Position numbers and translations under genes: made by a program | Assembly (NCBI RefSeq): GCF_000743755.1 | Contig: NW_014569451.1 | Span: 1-33,259, forward strand | Reading direction: 5' to 3' | Length of the DNA stretch: 33,259 bases | From: Blastocystis sp. subtype 4 | Lineage: Eukaryota | Notes under the pieces: model-generated | Databases searched by the model: none | What the model was told of the DNA's origin: nothing | What the model saw: the letters and a program-made list of their open reading frames with translations, nothing else | In this document: piece after piece, positions 1 through 9,972 of the stretch | Layout: every line of letters starts with the position of its first letter | Numbering within the stretch: position 1 is the first letter of the stretch

Positions 1-277
1 TGTGACTAAGACTGCTGTGGGTGTGGAGGTGAACAAGCAGGTGAGAAATCGCATCATCAAGAAGAGAATCCATGTGAAGGTTGAGCATGTGAGACCTTCG
101 AAGTGCAGAATGGAGCACTTGAACCGTGTAAAGAAGAACGAGGCTATCAAGCGTGAGAACAAGGGAGAGAAGGTGTGTCTGAAGAGAATCCCTGCTCAAC
201 CTCGTGCTTGCCATACTGTGGTTCCTACCAAGCCCATCAAGACAGTTTATGTTCTTCCTTATGAGATTCTGGCTTAA
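1..277 (+). CDS. RPL21: 60S ribosomal protein L21 (eL21), 3' part; 5' end outside window
   Basis: VTKTAVGVEVNKQVRNRIIKKRIHVKVEHVRPSKCR matches the eL21 core; TAA at 275-277. Confidence 0.95.
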   Translation, partial: VTKTAVGVEVNKQVRNRIIKKRIHVKVEHVRPSKCRMEHLNRVKKNEAIKRENKGEKVCLKRIPAQPRACHTVVPTKPIKTVYVLPYEILA

Positions 278-310
278 ATGAGTTCTTGATTAGTAAGATG
301 CATTTTGGTG

Positions 311-325
311 TGTTTGGAAGAAACA
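311..325. terminator. Back-to-back poly(A)-site motifs of RPL21 (+) and the membrane-protein gene (-)
   Basis: TGTTTGGA (+, 311-318) overlaps TGTTTCTT (-, 325-318) by 1 nt. Confidence 0.55.
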
Positions 326-329
326 GGAT

Positions 330-2622
330 ACTCACTCTTCGTTCTTTTTTGTCGAAATAGAAAACATTCAACAAGAAAAAGACAATAGAAGAGAATAAAG
401 AAACCTTCCACATGGTGAATGGAGAAAAGGAGTTGAGAAATAAGATTGTTGCTAATGTGCATAAACTGCGAAGCTAAAATGGTGCCGTCCACCATAGAAT
501 AACCAAAAATAACACCACCCAACCAACTCAGAAGCATACGAGTGCCAACAACAAGTAAAGATTCCCCGCTGAACATGGTGATAATATGAATAAGCGAAAA
601 GCAGACCGAACTACCGACAATCCCTTCGAATGTCCCAACCCTATATTCAAATCTGCAAAAATACATACCTAGAGATAAACAAATTACACAGATATCCTCG
701 AAATAGCAATTCTTCAATCAAAGGAGAAAGGAAGCATGTGGATATCAGTACGCTTCTCTAATATTTACACAAACGATTGGATCTACTTCAATAGGGTGAT
801 CACTGTAACCATTTTGAATTGTCGGAAAGAGGAAGAAGAGTAGAAGAAATGACAGATGCCTCCGAAAGAAATCCATAAAACGCTTAAAGCAGTCCCAATA
901 GGATTCAGAATTTAGTAATTGAGAAGGGATGAAAATCTTTAAAACAACGAGGAACAGAATCCTATCAACTACGATCGCTGCAAACTACAAATTAACATTG
1001 TAACGGGGATAGACATTGCTGATGACTCCACTTAGATTCTTCCGGATCATCAGTACTAGGAAAGATACAATGAAATAAGTGTTGAGGACAATAGCTCCAT
1101 CAAATACATTTAAGAGACGGAGATATGTGGACGACCTTCGCAACTCCTGAATCCTTTCGTCACCTGAGATAAAATACCAACAATAACCTCACACCTAGCA
1201 GACGTAAAAGAACATACTCAATTCCATAACATACTGTGAACATTTTGAACAAACAACTCACTAACCTACACACTCTTTGGAAAAGGTCCCACATATTGGT
1301 TATTGTACGCCAGTACCGCATAGATGTTATAAGATCCACTACCCAATCCATGAATCGTTATATCAACAGCATCATCTACAAAGAAACCAACGTTTTTCCC
1401 CTTCAGTACCACATCTTGAATATCGATACCACTCTGGTGTTGCGAACAATAAATGTACACATCCCCTTTTCCAAACACAAGAAGCAGTCCTGTAAATGTT
1501 CCATCGAAAACGCTCCCCGTCCTCCAAACAATATTGTTGTTCATAAGCCGTGTAGATGTATCATCACTCATGCTGGCATCCTGATTTGTCCTTTCCCGTA
1601 CCTTCGCAATTACCACATCCATGGGAGAAATCAGAATCCCTTGAGGTGTAATGGGTAATTCACTTACATACGAAGCAGGATACACAACTACAGTGAATGT
1701 CAAGGCACATCCTCACTTCCACCATAACGACGATAACGAACACCATGGTTCATGTTCTTTGCTACCAATTATCCTTCTCCTATCTCAATACCATCTTGAT
1801 CGGCCCAAATATTGTTGCTGGAGGCACTCCATTTTGCATCTACTGAAAAGGCTTCCGATGAAAAGAACCATACATGCTTACCTTCAGCCAAAAACGAAAA
1901 CTTGATGGGGATGTGGATGCAAGCACCATCAACTACAGTGGCATAAAGTGTGTACTCAGACTTTTCATACACGTTGCAAATAACGGTTGATACTCCCTCC
2001 TTACCATGTCTACATTGGGAAGAAACAACAAACGATACAGTCCCAAATAAATGCCCTCACGAATAATGTTCATTGCATCCACAGGATGATTATTCCCCGC
2101 TCGATTAATCACATAATACTCACCATGTCCTTCATACTGTAAAGTGACATAAACACATGAATCCCTTAATTGAGAAACTTCCGAGATTTGCAACTGGTTA
2201 TCGTTACAAGCTACATCAATACTCAGCAAAAACGAAACTTACAACACAAATCTTGGCGAATTAGATAATTTAACAACACTGGAGTAGAGATGTCATCACA
2301 CTCAGCAACAATGGCAACATACGGCGATGATGACAGAACTGTTTGATCAAAATACATAATGTAGCTCTCATTTGCGTCGACAGTATAGAGGTATTGTGCC
2401 TTTTGTTGGGCTTGCTGTACAGACAAAGAAGAGGAACTATGCTGAAAAGAGAACATTCGGCACTGCGACTGACTTTGCATATGTCCTTTGATCGCTTCTC
2501 CAATAATTTCATCAACAAAGATGTGTGGAGTCGCTAGTAGTGATCTCAGACAAAACACTATTACAGGCCTCAACAATAATCTGAACCAAAAGAAAAAATC
2601 CAAAAGACAATGCCAGTCTCAT
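330..2622 (-). CDS. Multi-exon hypothetical membrane protein: signal peptide, large luminal region, multipass C-terminus
   Basis: ATG 2622 gives MRLALSFGFFLLVQIIVEA, then a short intron; successive minus ORFs (2223-2603, 1933-2229, 1769-1972, 1266-1703, 274-717) are separated by short introns; hydrophobic helices in the last exons. Probable poly(A)-made stop at T330 (GAG T|ATCC TGTTTCTT); the genomic stop is at 274-276. Confidence 0.6.
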
Positions 2623-2708
2623 CGCAACTTGTCTTTGATTAATCCTGTTGCGCCCGAATTCGGAGCCCAAAACTTTGTTTTTAGGTAACAAACAGATAAA
2701 AACGACAA

Positions 2709-4042
2709 CTATGCAAGGTTCATTAGCTCTCGTAAGAGTTCTTCATCCTCTTTTTTCACAAACCGACCTTTAACGCGCAAGCGGGAATCAGCAAAGTTCT
2801 TACGTACATCATATTTCACTTTCTTTGTCCATACTCGCTGTTTTCTCTTTTCGAAAAACCGCTGTACCCGCTTCTTCCGAGCTTCAGGAGAGTAGATGCC
2901 TATGAATTTCTTCTGAGACTCCAATTGTGGGCTGGTAGGAGACAGTCCTACACTCTGGAGTCGTCGTTCTACATTTCATACGAACAATCGATGCTACCCT
3001 CTGAATTACTTTCAGCAGAAAGAGTAAGAGTGCTTGTATCCATATAACCACCCGAATTCATCTGTGTACCTTCAGTGACAGCCATGGACATACCGATCGG
3101 ATCCAATTGTTGTGTGATATCCATAGAATCAGGCGGAATGGAATGAGAAGATTCTAGCGATTAAGCTAACGAAACAACCATACGAAATGGGTACGAATGT
3201 TCATTTTGTTGCGTCAGTATAAAATCACGATTCCCCTTGAAATAAGGATTCCGAAAAGGAGTTACATCATATCCATCATTCGATTCAAAACTACCAAAAG
3301 AATGGGAATATGTTTCCGTAGCCGATTTGGGATCTGGCATCGAAGCCGAATCATATCCACCAAAATCAACTGATGCCCGACTCCGTTTGTCTATGTTCAA
3401 ATAAGTCCCTATGATTACTGTAGGTGATGTGGTCTGGAGGAATGTCATCAAGTAACAGCTCGTCTGGCATCCGATCCTCGGGCAAATCTATTCCCATCTC
3501 ATATCCATTGTTAAAAACGAAGAGAGAAGAATCACCACTCTACAATAACACCCCATTTCCAACCAGAACCTCTTCGGATAATGGATTTAAAGACAATGAG
3601 TTCAATCCATAATCTGAACTCATATCTAGAAAGGCAAACTCTGATTTCTTTTGAAGATAACCGCTCCGAACAAGATCTATAGAGGAACACAACCAATGAA
3701 CCTAATACCGAGTAATTTTGTCTCATTTCCACTTTCAAACTCTACAAATGCTTGTTCCACAAGAGGATCCTGACAAAGAATCAGATCCTACAGTATCACC
3801 GACAGAGTTCTTGTATACTTTCATGGAGTTTTTATCTTCGTTCGATATTTTTCCCGTTTCAAACAGAATCGAAGCGCTCCGTAGTCTTCCACTAACACTG
3901 ACAGATCGGTTTCTACGAAATGAGATTAAAGAGTTTCTTGTACCTCTTTGCCTTCGCAGAAATACCTTCAGGATTCCTAGAGAGTTAATTCGAAAACAGA
4001 TATTGCGAACGGCGCTGACTGTGTATTCTCCGAGAAATCCAT
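2709..4042 (-). CDS. CCT-motif (CONSTANS/CO-like/TOC1) protein
   Basis: C-terminal RKKRVQRFFEKRKQRVWTKKVKYDVRKNFADSRLRVKGRFVK is a CCT motif. Spliced N-terminus (ATG about 4042, uncertain) contains RLRSASILFETGKISNEDKNSMKDLILCQD. TGTTTGTT at 2694-2687. Confidence 0.85.
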
Positions 4043-4193
4043 TTCACCTTCAATACCGAATCAAGAATCGAACTGGATTCTAGCTCAAAGCTTCAATTGT
4101 GCTATCAATTGGCATACCATGATTATCAAGGATACAAATCACTGAACATACGACGAATTCAAAAAAACAAAATCACCGTAAAATCAAACAGTA

Positions 4194-6059
4194 TTACACC
4201 TTTATATCCTTTAGAAGGGTCTGGTATAATTCCGAGTCCAATTCTTGATACAAGCTTAAGATGTTTGCTGACATTGTCTGAATACTCTCACTAGTACTTT
4301 GCAACCCATCATAGAGAGATTTAAAAATGAGAGGAAGGATCACCCGACGATTCGGTTCATTTTCCACGGTAATCGTGTAAAAAGTCTGACTGTTCCAGAG
4401 ATAGAGGGCCTTCTCTCCAATCTAGAGTTAATTCTTCATACAATGCCAACCATGATGTTGGTACTCGCAATGCATTTCCCAATACGCTTAAACAGTGGTT
4501 CTCGATACGGAATGATGTCTTCGGGTTTTACCAACTCTAGAAGGTCCTCCAGTTCCGACAGGAACCAGGTCTCTTTGGAGGTGTTCCCATAGGGCCAGTA
4601 CTTCAAAAGACTGCGGATAATCTAAACATGAAGCACCAGCAGAGAGACCACAGGACAACTGAGAGAGGGATCCTTTGCCACATACAGCGTCATGCAATAC
4701 GAGAGCTGGATACTATAGTTCTCATAGAATCGGGTTTTGTGAAGAGGGATTAGAGAGCGTTCTAGTGATTGTTTGTGTTCAGGTCGAATTGGGACAGTGA
4801 ATCCATTAATGATTGAAGCTAAGATCTCAAGAAGTTCAGCAATTCCATTGTGTTCCTTCTTCTCGTAAAGGAACTGATAGAACACATAGTTGATGGTCTT
4901 ACGAATCGTTACACGACGATTCGTAAGCTTGCCATAGATACGATGTGTCACCGTCTTCAAACACTCCCGCTCACGTTGATCGAGAGAGTCAAAGAGAGCA
5001 ATCAAATGACGCAAGAAATCGTCATCAATCAGACGCTTGCGGAGATTATTGTCGATCTGAGGAGACAATACCAAGTGGATTAGAAGCTCATATACGAGCG
5101 AGATATGAGGCCATTCCGGATCCGTGAAGACTTCACTATCATCATCATCATCTCCACCGGTATGGACCAGATTGCTTGCATCAGGAAGAGAACGGAACAA
5201 GTTTTGACCAATCATATTCAATGTATCTTGGAGACACTTGGGGTCATTAAATAACGAGCTAGAAATCATCTTCTAGAACAAGTCTCACCCCATTGACTCA
5301 GAAGCGTCCATAAGTTCGAGTAGTGTGTTCCGTTTCATATCACGCGCTGCTTCCTCACCACTGTGCTGGAAGTCAAATCGAATCCCACACAATAGCAACT
5401 TCTTCCACAGCAAGGCACGACGTTGGGGAGCCAAAGCATCTTCCGATGAACTAAAAACCTTATCGGTACCTTTCAATTTCGGCAAATGAACCAATATCTG
5501 TCTCTCCTCTGAAGAATTGGAGTAATAGAAAGATGCTAAACTGAGAGTGGAAAAACAACCCTACAGCAGAAACGGTTTTGTAAGGTACAACGACAGAGCA
5601 TGCTGAACCACTCCTGGGTGACTTCCTCACTCTCGGAGTAGAAGCAGTAGCGTTTCTTGTCAGGATGTTCCTGAATTTCTTTCTCTGTCATTGTTCGTTT
5701 GTCGGACACTCCCGGCTAAAGATCACATTCAACATCCAATAGCGACAACTAGAACTATTTCAAGTCCATACATTTTGCGAAGACATATATTCATTGTGCG
5801 CACAACAGCCCCCTATAGAAATTAGCCCCTTCGCCCAAACAACGAAACCTACCAAAATGTTAAGTACAACCTCTTTCCCCTTATCTTTTTGATTGCTCCC
5901 GTATATGAACAAATTGCCACTCAACACCTACGAGTAAGAAAGCTCCTCAATGGTAGAAACGCAAAAGAACTTCTTTAGGGACTTCTTCTCTTCTTGATGA
6001 AGATATAGGTAGCCTTCTTTATCATTTGCAATAGCTGCTGCTTTGTTTTCGTTTGCCAT
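4194..6059 (-). CDS. PP2A regulatory subunit B' (B56) with an N-terminal PH domain
   Basis: B56 motifs EWPHISLVYELL, LFDSLDQRERECLKTVTHRIYGK, HNGIAELLEILASIINGF, LLKYWP. Upstream exons splice in frame and give KEGYLY...KKFFCVLSGNLFIY...YCFYSESEEVTQEWFSML. TAA 4196-4194. Confidence 0.9.
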
Positions 6060-6267
6060 CCAGTTTTACAGTTCCTGCACAAATCGGACAACGAGAACTA
6101 TGAAACGCTTTAGAGACGATAGAAGAAGGAAACGGATGGAAAAGGAGCTTCCTAAATGATATCCTGAGTCCTAACGCCGAAGGGATATCCGTTTTCTATT
6201 GTAAAATTCCCGCGATTCTTGTTTCTTGGTCCCATCTTCCTCAAATTTGCGTCATACAATAGAGCAA

Positions 6268-6567
6268 ATGCAAGCAATTGCGAGAACTTTCAACCGAGCA
6301 CCTGTGAGAAGATCGGTGAGTAGGACACTTCTCCTTACACTCAAATCCTAGCGACTGTTGTGAAGAGACTCAACTCGAGTGCCAACGACTTTGTCCCACC
6401 TCATGTAAATCCTATGCACAAGGCTGTTGGTACTGCTATGGAGTGCACGATGTGGCTGTGGATCTTCTGGAGAGCGAAGCATGACTGGAGAGAATTCCTT
6501 GTAGGAAGTGTTGGAGTTGTTTTATTACCTCTAGGGACTCCAGCACCCTTGGGAGGAAGAGCATTGA
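6268..6567 (+). CDS. NDUFB2: Complex I accessory subunit NDUFB2 (AGGG)-like, with a presequence-like N-terminus
   Basis: Exons 6268-6319, 6352-6500, 6535-6567 give MQAIARTFNRAPVRRSVTTVVKRL...MWLWIFWRAKHDWREFLGLQHPWEEEH; MWxWIxxRAKxD...GxxHPW is the NDUFB2 signature. Confidence 0.85.
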
Positions 6568-6792
6568 ATAGTGTAATGATTACGTTTGTTTTGGAATGTT
6601 TGTTAGTAAAGGAGAAATGTGGGAGGGAATGTGATGGCAATTGATTCCCATTTCTCGTTAGGGATATAAGAATCTGTCATTAATTAATTGCTTTCATTCA
6701 TCCAAGATGATTGATAAAACGAAGAACACTACTTGTCAGTGTTTGACAAAGAGTTTGACAAGTAGCATATTCTTTTCTATTTGTCATCTCCA

Positions 6793-8514
6793 ATGAATGC
6801 TGTAATGGATCCGGTTGAGCATTGTTCTGAATCATCTCTCCTTTCCGATGTAAGCTAGTTGATATCTATTCATCCTAGTCTCCTTCGGATTCTCCCTTGC
6901 TGGATGTTTTTGGATCAGAGTTAGTCAAGGAAAATGACCGTAGACGTCAGAATCCTTCGATGGGAGGGATATATTCTTTTTGTGATGGTACAACTATGGA
7001 CTTTCTAGTCATCTAGACCCACTGTCTTCGTTGACGAGTGAGGAGTCGTCCTTCTTTGAGAATGTTCACAAACCATCAGGAGCAGTTCTAAAGGGATTTG
7101 GAAACTATTGTGAGGAACCTTACAAGGTGGCGTCAGGCTTTCATCACTCTTCTTCTGATTATCTGTATCAGGATGGTTTATTCTCGAACCGTGCTTATTG
7201 TTGTATGTCGTATCCATATCGTCGTTCTCTTGATTTGGATCAGGACCATCTCGTCCATGGAAATCGTTTTATGAGTGAAAATGATTTACAACATTATGGT
7301 TGTCCTTGTTGCAGAGGTACCCGAGAATATATTAGTGACAGAGATCTGTTATTTGATAGAGACTCTGATTCTTTCTATTTGCCTTCGTATCAACGATATT
7401 TCCGTAGCTATTCGAACGTTCAAGATCAAGATGATTATCCTTTATGTAGGACGGCTATGCGTTATGTTACGGCTGATGATGTCTTGTTAAAGAGTCATCA
7501 GCCTTATTTGAGTGGGTTTGCACCTAGTGAAGTTGTGGAGTGTTGTGAAAATGAAGGGAAAATGAGTAAAAGGAAGACAGATGGTCCCGATTCCGATAGT
7601 TCCAATCGTGGGAATTCAACCTCTGGAAGTTTCAGTCTTTGTAATTCGGACACCTCAAATTCGGACAGTTCCACCTCAGGAAAATCCTCTCACTCCACAC
7701 CACATTCTCTGTCGGATGTGTCTCTCCCGAAATCAGAAAACACTCAGCACAACTCAGTTCAAGCATCTACAGAAGTCAAGAAACTTCCATCATTTATCCC
7801 TGTCGGACGTAATCGTATGAAGAAAGGTCCGAAGAAATACTACCACTTGAGTAATGAGAAACCAGGAAATCCAGATGAAATCGACCCTGTAAACTTGAGA
7901 GACAAGGTTTATCAGTAGACGATCAATCCTCGTGTTTTCTCAGGAAAGAAGCCGAAGAAGAATATGGACTATTCACGGTTCATTATTGATATCTCGAAGG
8001 TTCGATCAGGAGAAGAATCCCGTCTCACTCTGATGTTAAAGAACATTCCGAATGGGTACATTTTCATAGAGAAACTGATATACAGATTTACTCAAGAGTT
8101 GATGCTTAGAATATTGGACACGATTGTGCCCAACAAGTATGATTTCTTCTACATGCCAGTGGATTTCAAGACCAATTGTAATTTGGGGTTTGGATATGTA
8201 TCTATGGTTGATAATGCGAGTGTTGTGAAACTCTACGATTCAGTAGGTCTGTGAAGTGGGAGTGATGACTAGCTCAACAGAAAGCGCTGGCCGAATACAC
8301 CAAGTTCGAAGATATGTGAAGTTGTTTTTGCTCGTATGCAAGTAGGGTTCGAAGGAAGAGTTAATGGTAGGGAAGAAATGATATGCAACGATTATGTCAG
8401 GATTGGGCAATCATGCAACTTCCTGATAAGTATAAACCCGTTTTCTTCGAAAAATCAATTGTGAAGCAAAACGGAATTGAAGTAACTGTGATGAAACGAA
8501 TCACAAAGAATTAA
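6793..8514 (+). CDS. Mei2-like RNA-binding protein (C-terminal RRM3) with a long Ser-rich N-terminus
   Basis: RLTLMLKNIPN...YDFFYMPVDFKTNCNLGFGYVSM...KRWPN...KICEVVFARMQG is the Mei2 RRM3 pattern; several introns of about 30 nt; TAA 8512-8514. Confidence 0.9.
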
Positions 8515-8585
8515 GTATTTGTTGTTGTATCGGATGCATTTTGGATCCAAGTTCAGTAATTGTTTTGCTAGTGTTTCTTGGATCA

Positions 8586-9949
8586 ATGAGCACATACAAG
8601 AAAGTGAGGTGGTACCACTCGTACAAAGGGAATGACTCGATTATGGGTTCCTACTGCACCGAATTACTCGATGGAAGTCTCTTAATCGCTCAGGCAGTCC
8701 AAGACGGGATTGAATATATTCTATGGAAAGGAGACAATCGAAAAGAAATTATGGTACCCATTCAAGGTACATGATTCTGAGAAAGGTGATTCTCGTAGAT
8801 AGTATTCGGTACTGTATTGGAATCAATGGATTTCGAATGAGTACTACTGTAAGATTTGGAAATGATTAACATTAAGGAAACACTCATTCTATTGATGAAA
8901 GAGAAATCAATCCTCCGGAAAGGCAATACTGAGTGCAGCATTGTTATTATTTCCTTCCATTCCGGCTATGGTATGTGTAGATCCCAAATACTAAATAGAT
9001 ATCACAAAGGAAAGTGTAGTCTTTCCTAAGTCGCGCTGTGCACTCGATTTCATTCCTACTTGTATGAAGATTATCGATGTTCCTCCTGTGGATTCAAAAG
9101 TCGTTTATAGGCAACATTAATTATCTGTAGTTCCTGTTTTTGGGAAAACCAAATGGAACGGCAGCTGTGTACTTGTATCAAAACGAAGCAGCGACAGTCG
9201 TAGTTGAAGCGTTATATAACGAGTAGAACCGAAGATTGGTGATGTCAAAAGCCTTTGTTGATTTCTTCCCGCATGCGAAATCCCCTTTACTCTCCGTTGA
9301 TCTGTGTAATATCAATCCATATCATCGTTTGTGGGCATTTGGTTATGGTAATGGTCTCGTCTGTGTATATAATGTATTTGGTGTATCTCTCATGGAGAAG
9401 TTGAAGGCAAAACCAATCGTGTAGGAATGACGGTATTAAATAATTCAAGACGTGAGTATGGCCCTCTTCTCGATGGCAATTCCATCACCAAAGAAGATCG
9501 AAAGAGTCAAAAACTGGTGTTGGCTGCTTATTTGTCCTCTCCAGTATATGAAGTTCGGTTGCTTCTTCCTTTTGGAATTCCTGAAGATGATGTGAAGCTA
9601 CGAGTGGATCTGTTAGCAACTTGCTATGATCAAGCCTTACTCCAATACAAAGATATTTTGATGAATGGACTGATGAATGCAACTCCTTGTTGTGATATGA
9701 AGGAAGTATCCTGTGTAAATTGTGTGGAAGTGGTCAAGAAGACAACCCACTCGAAGTTGGAGTTGCATCAACTCATGATTGGAGACTATGCCAATAAGGT
9801 TCATATATACAATTTCATAGAAGTGGATGATCCTGTGGGATATCGTCTGAAGAAGGATGGGATGCTGGTATTGAACGATTGTATCTATATGATTCATCAA
9901 CTGAAGGATGGATTGATTGTGATCACTCGAAGAGGGATCTATGTATATT
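8586..9949 (+). CDS. KPTN: Kaptin-like beta-propeller protein (KICSTOR subunit)
   Basis: LDFIPTCM, FPHAKSPLLSVDLCN, RLWAFGYGNGLVCV, QYKDILMNGL and LIVITRRGIYVY are collinear with recalled KPTN segments (LQFTPFQL, SSVLWLDVHN, RLSALGCQSGYVRV, VYRDLLNRGL, AVVSLKGVHIL). Probable poly(A)-made stop at 9947 or 9949. Confidence 0.7.
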
Positions 9950-9953
9950 CATG

Positions 9954-9968
9954 GTTTTGTTACAAACA
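9954..9968. terminator. Back-to-back poly(A)-site motifs of kaptin-like (+) and WDR91 (-)
   Basis: GTTTTGTT (+, 9954-9961) and TGTTTGTA (-, 9968-9961); each has a codon-initial T 5 nt upstream. Confidence 0.65.
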
Positions 9969-9972
9969 CAAG

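Noticed and set aside
274..277. Shared TTAA giving overlapping stops for RPL21 and the minus-strand gene
   Set aside because: The minus gene more likely ends at 330 by polyadenylation, so the overlap is probably incidental.
6125..6200. Short inverted repeats (AAACGGAT/ATCCGTTT, GATATCC/GGATATC) in the B56-NDUFB2 divergent gap
   Set aside because: Stems are short and mutually overlapping; no tRNA or snoRNA features.
6360..6400. PAM2-like motif LNSSANDFVP
   Set aside because: It lies in the NDUFB2 N-terminal region of an organelle-targeted protein; chance resemblance.
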